Position numbers and translations under genes: made by a program
Source of the DNA: Octopus sinensis
Lineage: Eukaryota
Assembly: GCF_006345805.1 (NCBI RefSeq)
Contig: NC_042997.1
Coordinates: forward strand, 198,028,001-198,092,000
DNA length: 64,000 nt
Reading direction: 5' to 3'
Shown here: piece after piece, positions 52,741-64,000 of the stretch
Position numbering within the stretch: position 1 is the stretch's first letter
Layout: each line of letters opens with the position of its first letter
The notes under the pieces: generated by a model
What the model was told of the DNA's origin: nothing
Databases searched by the model: none
The model's input: the letters and a program-made list of their open reading frames with translations, nothing else

Positions 52741-53725
52741 AGATATTTTTTATTTCTTTATTGCCCACAAGGGGCTAAACATAGAGGGGACAAACAAGGA
52801 CAGACAAACGGATTAAGTCAATTACATCGACCCCAGTGCGAAACTGGTACTTATTTAATCAACCCCGAAAAGATGAAAGGCAAAGTTGACCTCGGCGGAA
52901 TTTGAACTCAGAACGTAACGGTAGACGAAATACCTATTTCTATTTCTTTACTACCCACAAGGGGCTAAACACAGAGGGGACACACAAGGACAGACAAACG
53001 GATTAAGTCAATTATATCGACCCCAGTGCGTAACTGGTACTTATTTAATCGACCCCGAAAGGATGCAAGGCAGAATCGACCTCGGCGGAAGTTGAACTCA
53101 GAACATAGCAGCAGTCGAAATACCTATTTCTTTCCTGCCCAGAAGGAGCTAAACACAGAGAGGACAAACAAGGACAGAAAAACGGATTAAGGCGATTATA
53201 TCGACCCCAGTGCGTAACTGGTACTTATTTAATCGACCCCGAAAGGATGCAAGGCAGAATCGATCTCGGCGGAAGTTGAACTCAGAACATAGCAGCAGAC
53301 GAAATACCAATTTCTTTACTGCCCAGAAGGAGCTAAACACAGAGAGGACAAACAATGACAGAAAAACGGATTAAGTCGATTATACCGACCCCAGTGCATA
53401 ACTGGTACTTATTTAATCGACCCCGAAAGGTTGCAAGGCAGAATCGACCTCGGCGGAATTTGAACTCAGGACATAGCAGCAGACGAAATACCTATTTCTT
53501 TACTGCCCAGAAGGAGCTAAACACAGAGAGGACAAACAATGACAGAAAGACGGATTAAGTCGATTATATCGACCCAAGTGCGTAACTGGTACTTATTTAA
53601 TCAACCCCGAAAAGATGCAAGGCAAAGTCGACCTCGGCGGAATTTGAACTCAGAACGTAACGGCAGACGAAATACCGCTAAGCATTTCACCCGACGTGCT
53701 AACGATTCTGCCAGCTCGCCGCCTT
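52741..53725 (-). mobile_element. SINE family A, 5-unit array (~185-bp period) inside a 13-bp TSD
   Basis: tgcaagtgactct at 52728-52740 and 53725-53737. Confidence 0.9.
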
Positions 53726-54233
53726 GCAAGTGACTCTGGGGATTATGGAATCTTACGTTGGTGTTTGCTTTATCCTTTATGTAGGGAAAGATACATTTTG
53801 AGACCTAGAACAGGCGAAGATAACACATAAAGAATATTTCTACTGCCGAAGATCTTCCCACGTCCAAGTGTGCACTGTATTGGTAAATATAATTTTACAC
53901 GAATCTGTCTCTTTCTCTGCCTCTCTCAGTCTGTCTGTCTGTCTCTCTTTCTTTCTCGATGCAGTAAGACAACAGAGTAACGCCGTTAGCAGGCGTAGTT
54001 AGGAAGCTAAAGGAGGACGGTGAATTAAAATAAAATAAAAGCACAATAAAATACAGTAAAAAGTAGTAGAATATAAGGAGATATGAGGAGCTTTCATTTC
54101 ATGTTGTAGTTTTATAGTTATAAAAGTTTCCTGAATGTAAAAGTCTAAGGATACATAAAATGTTTATGTTTATAGAAGTAGTTATAAATGTAAATACGTA
54201 GACAAACAGAGACAGGTAGGCAGATATATATAC

Positions 54234-54357
<124 letters not shown>

Positions 54358-54997
54358 GTATATATATATGTTAATAGTAATAGTATGACAGCAAAAGAAT
54401 GAATAAGACCTCGATATTATGTAAATAGAGGTCTTTATCTGTAATATAATATGTGACAATTATTCGGTTGTCATAATAAAACTCCAAGTTTTCGATGTTG
54501 GGGCGGAAATCTGCTCTTGCATCTCGTCAGTTATATATGTGTATACTAGCATTAAAGACCCGTCGTTGCCAGGTCATAGAGCTAGTGCATGTATATATGT
54601 GTATATATGTGTGTACATATTACATGTACATCTATATATATACATCTACACATAAAATACAAAATACGAAGTTATATCTTGATATCGCTAGTGATAACAA
54701 TACTCAAAATATGTAACAGACTGGAATTGTTAGCCCGTCTCTTGTAATTTCGATCAATTGTATCTTGTCCCCCCTCTTGTATAGGAGTGTGGCTACAATC
54801 CAGCTTACCTCTACTTCGGTGGGGGGGGGGGGGGGCATTTAAAATTTTTTTTCCGGGACGTCCTACGTCCCAGATATAAAGGTAAAAGTAAAATATTTCC
54901 ACTTTGCAAGTTCGAGTCGAGTACTCCCTTGCACGCTCCGTTGACTCGAACCTTGCTTCTATTGTGGCGAATTTACCGCCTCTGATTAGATATGTAC

Positions 54998-55043
<46 letters not shown>

Positions 55044-55134
55044 GTACATATATAAGTATATATGTGCAAATGTATATATATGTGTGTGTGAGCGTGCATG
55101 CTTGTGTATATATATGCATATACATGTTTATGTA

Positions 55135-55175
<41 letters not shown>

Positions 55176-57309
55176 GTATGTGTGTCTGTGCGTATATAAT
55201 GTATGTCGGTTTATTAGGTATAGGAATATACATTTACAACAAAACTGATATTCTTTGATGGACTCATTTGATTTGAATCTAATGACCCATAAAACACTTG
55301 AAAACTTTCCCACCTGTTATCTGTTAGATGATCCGTTTCAAATAAAACAATATTTGTGATCAAGAAGGTTAAATATATGCTTTACCGTCTTAATCGTTTC
55401 GCTCTCTCTATGGCCGACCTTTTCAGAAATAAACATTCTATTATTATATGGCCTCTCCAAGGTTTCATAAGTAATGAATTGCTAATGCTTCTTAGTAATG
55501 CTGAAGTTATTCGACTGTAAATATACTTCTGTAAAGAGATAGGCTTCGATTATATTTGTAACTTAATGTCTGTGCACATATAATTGTTCAAGTCGAGCGG
55601 AAATGTGAATATTTTACTGATAACTTATGAATGACAATAATAATGATCAATTGTTAAATAAAATTAACAAAGTTGAAAATTGAATATTACAAAGACAGAA
55701 TATATCTTCGTCTGTGTCTGGTATCGGTAGCTAATATTGCCGAATATTTACGCAAATATAATTTCTCTTTAAGTATTTGTGTCTGAGAACATTTGATAAT
55801 TAATTACCAGGTTATATCTCCAGCTGACACTTTCATATTCCTCCATTGGTTTCCGTCACCCAGTTAACTCTTTCTAAAGACAGTATTTAAAAGATATATA
55901 TATATATATCTGAATAAGGCGTATATGAAGCTGTTCTTTCTTCTCTTCAATTGTTTTCTCGCTTGGTCAAATGAGGAAGATCAACGCCCATAGCCACGTT
56001 GCGGACTTTTGAGACTGGTTGGTTGAATCGAGGGCTAAACCGCAATTTCTCGGTTACTTTCACAGGGGAAAACTGATTTAAACTTATTCAACAGGGTGAT
56101 ATTTGCTTCGTTATGTTAGTATTAGTCCAACTGCTTTAGTCATCGTTTGTAATATTATAACCATTTGAAATATAGTGTCAAATGAAAATTTCATATTTAA
56201 ATTTCTTTACTTCCAAAGACGTATAAAATATTTGTTTCATGCTGACAAATACAATTTTTAAATATCCATTACCGTCCAAACAGAATTTCAGATATTCATA
56301 GTAATGACATTAAGACATATTAATTTTTTTCTGAATTTGTTCTTTGATGCAAACAGAAAAATTAATGGTTTTAATAGCAGTCACTGTCCATAGGAGCTTT
56401 TAATGTAAACCGCTGTAAAGTTCTAAAATAAAATAAAAACGTCTGTTTAAAAATGCAACAAGTGAAACAACATCAAAATATAAATTCTTCAAAACTAGAA
56501 ATAAGAACAAAAAGACAAAAAAAAAAAAATGAACCGCCTCTGCATAAATGCTTTTATTTGCTAGAAGGGTTTAATCAAAAGTCTGTGAGTTATTTTCAAT
56601 ATCACAGATCGTTAAGCGCTTTCACAGAGACGTAACATGGAAAATGATAGAAGTTTCTAGCGAACTGATATTTTTGCATTAAAAAAACAACTTTTTATCG
56701 ATTGTTATCGATTAAACTAACGCGGACATTATCGTCCATTGTTACAATGAAGCTTTTATAAAGTAATTTTAATTACTCAAACAAAGAAAAGACATTCTGG
56801 GGCATGGTGTAAAAATAAATTTTTGTATTGTAATATTAGTCTGAGATCAGCTTAAGCCAACTGGATTTGTTTCTCAGTTAGATTTATTATCATGAACTTT
56901 TCGGAAAGTAAAAATATGTCCAAATGTCTCACCGGTCACTCGGTACAAGCATGACGTCATGATTCGATTCGTAATCGCATTGCTCAAATATAATCCCAAG
57001 GAACGCCAACCAGACTGTGAATATGAGAGCTAATGCATATATGTGTGTGAGTCTTTGACGTCTCCCAGCCCATCACTGATTGACAAATGTGCTGGTTTGT
57101 TTACGTCCCCATAACATAGCGGCAAAAGAGGTTGATAGTACCACAATATAAAAATCAGATCTAAGGTCAATGGGATCGTGTAAAGTCTTGGAGACCGTCG
57201 TCCAGCATTCCCCCAATGCTGTGACTGAAACCAATGAAAGAGTTCCAAATATATTTTGTCTCTTCTTAGAATCTATTTCACTTCAATTACTTTCAAACAA
57301 TACAATCCA

Positions 57310-57560
57310 AATTTACCTCCTATTATAACAGAACACTTTCAATCTCTTGTGCGCTCTTTCACCCAATATCTTTTCAGAAATCTGTACCAGTCTTCCAATA
57401 TATGACCTTAGATCTTCATATAGGGCAAGCTCTCTGATCCTGATAACTTTCAATCTATCACTCTTCCTTGTAACATTTGAAAGGTGATAAAATTCGTCGA
57501 TAAAATTGACCTTTATTCCAAGTGAGTCCATTTGCCTTTGAGAGCCTCGACGAATGTTAT
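57310..57560 (-). mobile_element. Degraded RTE-like RT fragment
   Basis: FIDEFYHLSNV..IRIRELA resembles the RTE 'FCYLG..ARIR' region. Confidence 0.3.
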
Positions 57561-58715
57561 ATCTTTGCACTTGATACCAGCAAATATTTCGACGCATTTC
57601 GTGTGATGCCCTCGTAGCTAAGATGCCTGCTTATGTATCGTATGTATCTGATTGTTTGGGATCTGAGGCGTCTCGTAATACTACGCTATTGCTATGTATT
57701 AAAGCATGCGCAGAATGGTTAGAGCATTAGCGGGAATAGCTTGCTGTACTTCTAAAGTGTCAACGTTTTGAGTTCAAATCCTACTGAAAAAAAAATTATC
57801 TTTCACCCTTTAGGATGTCGATAAAATAAAGAACTGGTCAAGCATTGATATTGCTTAAGCCTTCTTCTCTGGACTGCTGGACTTGTTCCTGAACAAACAA
57901 AAAAACAAAACAAGACAAAAAACCTCCCAAAAAACAGAAGTTTTATTATCTGCAAAAGTCTGCGAGCTGGCAGAGTCGTTACAGCGTCGGAGAAAATGCT
58001 TTGTCACATTTCTATGGATTCATTACATTCTCAGTTCAAATTCCGCCGAAGTCAACTCTGTTCAATAATCCCTCCTGGACTGATAAAATAAAGAAGCAGT
58101 CAAGTATTGGAGTCGAACGTATCCACTCAAAACTGCTTTGCGACAAATTATGAAATCCTTGTTATTACCAGCAGACGTAATATTATTATTATTAGTAGTA
58201 GAATAGATGACTATTGCAAATTAGGCATGTGCCAATGACAGGTTTAATTAATTTTTGATCAATTACATCATAATTTATTTTTCAATTTACTATTTTGTTT
58301 TATATTTTATATTACTATTTTATTTTCCTCCCATTGTGATTGTTATTGATCATCAAGCTTTACTTATCATTCTGCAACATCATTCTCATTGATGATGATT
58401 TCTACTGTCGAGTGAAATGGGAAAAGCCACAAACTCAAATCATATGATAAGAGATGCGAAGAAAGTTCTAGTTTCGAGGAGTTTCAGTTGTTTTATCATA
58501 CCATTTCGCGTAGCAAATATACGGAGTCTCGAAGTAAACGTCACGGTATTTTGTTATATGCAGCGAGTTCTAAACTTAATAATATTTCCTTTAATATTCT
58601 TTTAATGAGAAAGCTAGAGAATAGGCATCAACATTGTGTTCGTGTCGACACATTCCAATATATCAACTTTAACCAATAAGTGTATTTCTGTTCAATTCCA
58701 TTTTTCCACCCATCC

Positions 58716-58758
58716 TTCTTCTTCTTCTGCTGCTGCTGCTGCTGCTACTACTATTACA

Positions 58759-58828
<70 letters not shown>

Positions 58829-58830
58829 CT
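58716..58830. repeat. Compound trinucleotide run (TTC)(CTG)(CTA)(CTT)
   Basis: Direct reading. Confidence 0.95.
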
Positions 58831-60073
58831 TGTCCGTCATCTTCATTTTCTTCCCATTTCAATTTGCAGGAATGAACATATACACACAATTATAGCGTCT
58901 CCTCTTTAGTGTCCTATCAGAAGCAACCACCATTACACTTTTCGGCTAAAATCCTAAGCTTGACCAACTGAGACTATGGCTTTTATCCAACCATCTCGTT
59001 CTTGATCTACTTTATCTCCGACCCGTTATCTCAGTTTGAAGAATCCGTCTTGCGATTCTTTGTGACATTCTAATCACCTGTCCGCGGTCCTGGAGTTGTG
59101 ACCTCTCAATGTGGAAAGTAGCTGCTCGATCTGGAGAGAATCCCTAATCTCTAAACAACAGACCCTACCGAGTAACGATGTTCCAGAGACACTTCGGAGG
59201 GGCTCTATTTCGGCTGCTTGTACTCTCTAGTGTACTCTTTGTGTGGTTACCCAATATTCATGAACACAGGTGATTAGAGGCACGGAAATCGAATTGAAGA
59301 TAACGAGTTTGGCTTTTGCTTAACAACCTCGCATGAGGATTGAATGCTAGAGCTGGCGCATTACTGTGCCAGCATCTTATCTTCAATTCTAGTGCCCAAT
59401 CAAGGCCCCTAATTTCCAACAATCTTTAATACGGCCCTGAAATACTTAAACTCCATATATCTCAGTGATGTTCACAAACATGCAGAGTGCACTGGGACGA
59501 GTTTCGCGAGATCAAAGTCTCAGTCTTCGCAACACTAATTCACATCTCTGCCTTGCAGCACTCGGCAAAGAACCCCTTCACTGCACGCTATAGATAATCT
59601 TTTGATAAGCCAAGTAGAATTGTATTGTCTGCAAATATCAGCATACCGATCCTACGAAGCAACACTTCCACAACGACAGCGCATGTAAAAATAAATATTT
59701 GGGTTTTGTGTTTGCTTTCCAAGGTTCTTCACATGAACTCTTTAAACGAATTTTGTAGTATCTCGGGATATAAACATCATAGAGAGGATGTCGAGAAATA
59801 CATATTGTTTATTGAGATAATTTAAACAGCATAATCTTAAAAATTACTCTTGAAAAAAAATAAGGCTTCAGAGAGTCATCTAGCAGAAGACATTTGCCCA
59901 CCGTGCCAAGCAGCGGGACTGACCCCGGAACCATGTGGTTGTGAAGCAAGCTTCTTATTACACTTCCACACAGATAGAATGCATATAAAAGATATATTAC
60001 TAAGTTGTTATTTGGTTACAAATAAGATTTATATAATAAACCACAGACAATAGCGAGCGAATGTTTAAGGATA

Positions 60074-61361
60074 CGAGTGGCGTTCAATAAGTAATGCCCC
60101 TGACCCACTTCCCATAGCAGTAGAGCAACGAAACTTGGCACAGTTATTAGTCTTTTTCTACATAGGAACCACCCAGAATTACGCATTTCTCCCATTGTTT
60201 GATGCGGCTCTGGAGACCGTTTTTGTAGAAGAACCCAGCTTGGTCCTCCAACCTCAACGTGACTTCAGAAATCAAGGCTGCATCATCTGGGAAACGCTTT
60301 CCTTTCAAAAACAACTTCATGATTGGGAAGAGGTGAAAATCAGAGGGTGCAAGGTCAGGAAAGTAGGGGGGATGGGGAGGAGTTCATAGCCATACGCCTG
60401 TGCTTCTGATCTGGCGACAAGCGAGTTGTGGACCGGAGCGTTGTCCTGCAGGAGGAGGATGCCTTTGCTGATCTTGCCCCGCCTCTTGATTTTGATAACT
60501 TCTCTTAATTTCCTCAAAAGTGAAGCATAATAGGCTCCTGCAATTGTGGTACCCTTTGCCAGGAAATCTGTCATCACTACTCCGTCCTCGTCCCAGAAGA
60601 CTGTGAGCATGACCTTGCCAGCGGAGGGCTGCACCCTTGCCTTCTTTGGAGGGGGTGAGTCACGGTGCTTCCACTGCATTGACTGGGCTTTGGTCTCTGG
60701 ATCATCGTGATGGACCCAGGTTTCATCCTGTGTAATCAGTCTTTTGAAAAATTTTGACTCATCTTCTTGGCACATCTCCAAATTCACCCTCGAGCACTCG
60801 ACGCGTTCTTGCTTCTGGAAAGGCGTGAGCAACCTGGGAATCCATCTGGCAGACACCTTTTAAATATGCAAATGGTCATGAATGATAGTTTCCACAGACC
60901 CGGTACTAATCTTGACCTCATGGGCTATTTGGCGAATAATTATGCGATCTTCGAAAATGGCAGCCTCAACTTGACGGACAGATGCCTCATTAATGGCAGA
61001 AGGGGGCGACCAGATTTGGGAGCTGTTTCTACAGAGTTCCGACCATGTTTGAATTCACGATGCCAGCGTTTTACAAGGTCATATGATGGGGCATCATCAC
61101 CATAAGTTACTTTCATTTCATCAAAAGTCTCCCGTGGTGTGCGTCCTTTCAAATACAAAAACCGGATCACTGCTCGACACTCAACTGGCTCCATTTCACA
61201 CTTGACTCGGTTCAAACACCTGTAAATCAGAAACCACAATTAATTCAGAGCTGTAATTTGCCACTTACTCTATAGAGATATAAATGATTGCACATGCAAA
61301 ATTTCAGCTAGATCAAACAACTGCAAGTGGGTCAGAGGCATTACTTATTGAACGTCCCTCG
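60074..61361 (-). mobile_element. Mariner DNA transposon, irritans/Hsmar2-like, full length
   Basis: ~37-bp TIRs cgagtggcgttcaataagtaatgcccctgacccactt and aagtgggtcagaggcattacttattgaacgtccctcg; TA on the left, CA on the right. Confidence 0.92.
60147..61194 (-). pseudogene. Mariner transposase, nearly intact (two 1-bp deletions, one stop)
   Basis: MEPVECRAVIRFL..SARWIPRLL..LITQDETWVHH..LLQDNAPVH..HPPYFPDLAPSDFHLF..SYVEKD*. Confidence 0.88.
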
Positions 61362-62104
61362 CACATATAAAAATGTACTCTGATATACACAATATTTCTC
61401 GAATGGTAATGGTTAAACGATTTCCATATTTTTAATAACTTAGAGACCTAATATTTATTCTAGATTCCGCTCCTGCTACTCAGTTTTGGCGAAGTTTCTA
61501 ATTTAGTTGTTATATTAAACAATATGAATAATGCCGTTTAGCGGGAGCAAGTCGATGGTTATGTTTGGTATACTTGAATGCACAACATTCAAATCCACAG
61601 GGTAATTTTTGAGTCAAGTAAGAAGCCTGTTGAACAGGATTTAAGAATCTCAGGCATATATAAAATATTCATTTGCGTTTATAGTTGAAACTGTTTTCGA
61701 AAGAAATCCCTAATATATTATTTGTAAGATATGAACTCATTACAACCTCAAGAACAAATCAATTTAAAATAAGTTGATTATTCATAAACTAATTATATTA
61801 ATAATTTTATATTTTTCTCAAAAATGATTTCCCGTGAGCACTTGTACTAAGATGACTCCCTACTTCTATGTAATTTCTCAGCTTGCCAGAGATACGAACC
61901 AAATATTCTTCAAATCACAACGTGTAGTTTTAAAAAGTGAGAACATAATTTAGTTATGTGGTCATAGATATAAAATAAAAACAGACGGAATTATCACGAG
62001 GAGATCGCTTTTGATAAACGTCTTCATATTAAGTCTGATGTAGGCTGGTTCACAACTGCAACAAGGACAACAATATTTTTCTGCTAGCTTTTAATTTCGT
62101 AAGT

Positions 62105-62495
62105 CATCAGACTGCGGCCATGCTGGGGCATGCATTAATGAATTTTTTGTCGAGCGAATCGACCCTGGTACTTATTATTTTTGTAAAGCTTGGTAATTAT
62201 TCTACCGGACTCATTAGCCGAACCACTAAGTTACGCGAATGTTAAAAAAAAGGGACGGTTGTCAAGCGGTGGTGAGGGACAAAGACACAAACTCACACAT
62301 ACATACATGCATGCATGCATGCATTCATACATACATACATACATACATATATATATATATATATTTTTTTTTTATATACACACAATGGGGTCCTTTCAGT
62401 TTCCATCTAGCAGAAGACACTTGCCCACCGTGCCAAGCAGCGGGACTGACCCCGGAACCATGTGGTTGTGAAGCAAGCTTCTTATTACACTTCCA
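62105..62495 (-). mobile_element. SINE family B, diverged
   Basis: Tail and head blocks in reverse. Confidence 0.7.
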
Positions 62496-63094
62496 CACAG
62501 ATAGAATGCATATAAAAGATAGATTACTAAGTTGTTATTTGGTTACAAATAAAATTTATATAATAAATTTATATACTACTAAAAAAATAAAACAAAATCT
62601 ATATAAAATGGCAGCTTTTAATTTACTTAAAAAATGTTTAACGCTAATACTTATCTTGAAAAGACACAGCAATCACTTGAAGCAAACAGATGGTAAGGTG
62701 GTCTTGTCACTTCATCTATGAAAACACATCTTGTCTAAACTAATTAAAGGTTAAGACTATTTTTATATTAAAGAAAGTTATTCAATTGCTGACTAGTCAG
62801 TTTCAATATCGATTTCTTAACTTTTAATCTTCGTTCATAGAGAGTTTTGGGGGCAACAGCCATTTACATTTCCGTGAGACAATTTATTCAAACTTTTATT
62901 TAGAAAAGGCTAATGATGTAGATACATTCCTCCATTTCAGTGTAAGCTTATTAAATCTTGTGTATTGCTCTTCCAATTTAACACAGAGGTTTTTCAAAAA
63001 TAATAGACAGTTAATCATCACTTTTCAACATTGAGCCACTATTTGTCACTAACTATAACAGAATGAACATTATTTAGTATAATATTTGAATAGT

Positions 63095-63375
63095 CTAAAC
63101 TTTAAAGAATGGTCATCATCATCTCTTGTGAAAGGTAGAAGAATCCAATTTGCTGGACATTGTTGTAGAGCTGAAAGCAAGGTAATTTCCACTCTTCTCC
63201 TCTGGAAGCCATCTGCTCGCGATACCAGAGGGTGCACAGTCTCCAACCCTGATGTAATCTTCAGGGATATAGGCATCCAACAACAGGACCTCCGTAATGC
63301 TATGATGGGCCGTGAAGTCTGGCGTAGCATAGTAAATTCCATTGTCTCGACCACGGTCGAACAATGATGATGATG
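63095..63375 (+). mobile_element. 5'-truncated RTE-X/RTE LINE 3' end with a (GAT)n tail
   Basis: RRIQFAGHCCR..LLWKP..RGC..PDVIFRD..LRNAMMGREVWR*, then tgatgatgatga. Confidence 0.7.
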
Positions 63376-63649
63376 AAAGAATGGCGTGTGATCAAAAATT
63401 ATCTGGCGTTACCTATGTAGGTCTGTATTTCTAGTCTGAGTTCAAATATGTGTGTCTTTTCTCTTTTTTTTCTGAGAGATTCATTTGTAGAAATTTAGTT
63501 TGCAGAATTGTAGCCTGTCACTAGGAAAACGGTGACGCCTGTTATATGTGTCAAAATAATTACAAAGACTTATAAGATAAACTGTATTGTTGTGTCCATA
63601 ATTATGTGTGTATATATTCATTCCTGCAAATTGAAATGGAAAGAAAATG

Positions 63650-63752
63650 AGGAAGAAGAAGAAGAAGAAGGAATAATAATAATAATAATAATAATAATAT
63701 AATAATAATAATAATAATAATAATAAGAAGAAGAAGAAGAAGAAGAAGAAGA
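63650..63752. repeat. (GAA)n-(TAA)n-(GAA)n tract
   Basis: Direct reading. Confidence 0.9.
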
Positions 63753-64000
63753 ATCTATCTATCTAACTCACCTGTTCAAACGAATCAGAGTTATGAAAAA
63801 GTTTTAAAGATTAAAATTTGATATTCTGTAGAAGAGGAAACGTCCAGATTTACATTTGTATTATCGATTATTGAGGATTAAATTTTTCTCGCTTTAAGAA
63901 GAATAATGAAGAAAGAAATAACATCTACATGCTATGTACATCACCATATTTCTTGAAGAATGCTCGACCTCCCCCGCCGCAATTTAAAAAAAATGAATGC

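Noticed and set aside
52741-53725. CRISPR-like periodic array
   Set aside because: The units are ~185-bp SINE bodies with no unique spacers, and the context is eukaryotic.
58692-58889. Poly-E/V/A ORF on the minus strand
   Set aside because: It is a compound trinucleotide repeat with no splice or domain support.
59000-59600. Possible decayed Ty3/Gypsy integrase
   Set aside because: Only a faint resemblance (VPNQGP-like) across stops, which is not enough to call.

Overview
AT-rich, microsatellite-dense eukaryotic DNA. The SINE families and overall repeat texture resemble an octopus (coleoid cephalopod) genome; this is inferred from memory, not searched. I found no convincing host protein-coding gene, and almost all ORF-track entries are translated (TA)n/(CA)n/(CTAT)n/(GAA)n repeats. 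Recognisable content: (i) a young, 5'-truncated Penelope-like retroelement (RT plus C-terminal GIY-YIG endonuclease, about 36.2-39.07 kb) with a ~1.5 kb inverted copy of its own 3' half at 34.67-36.21 kb; (ii) three mariner copies, one pogo/Tigger-like remnant and one non-autonomous Helitron; (iii) degraded RTE, RTE-X and CR1/L2-type LINE fragments; (iv) many copies of three tRNA-derived SINE families, one forming multimers inside a single target-site duplication. The most interesting signal is a set of type I hammerhead-ribozyme-like folds in several different (TA)n-embedded repeats. They include the Penelope ends and foldback elements of the same outward-pointing polarity. Two show compensatory swaps of the catalytic C3-G8 pair (G3:C8 at 6972-7018; U3:A8 at 33972-34010), and three motif types have a mismatch at the base of stem II. 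Minimal hammerheads in Penelope repeats are known in animals. Whether these variants and the foldback mini-elements have been described, or are active, needs searches and cleavage assays that I could not run.
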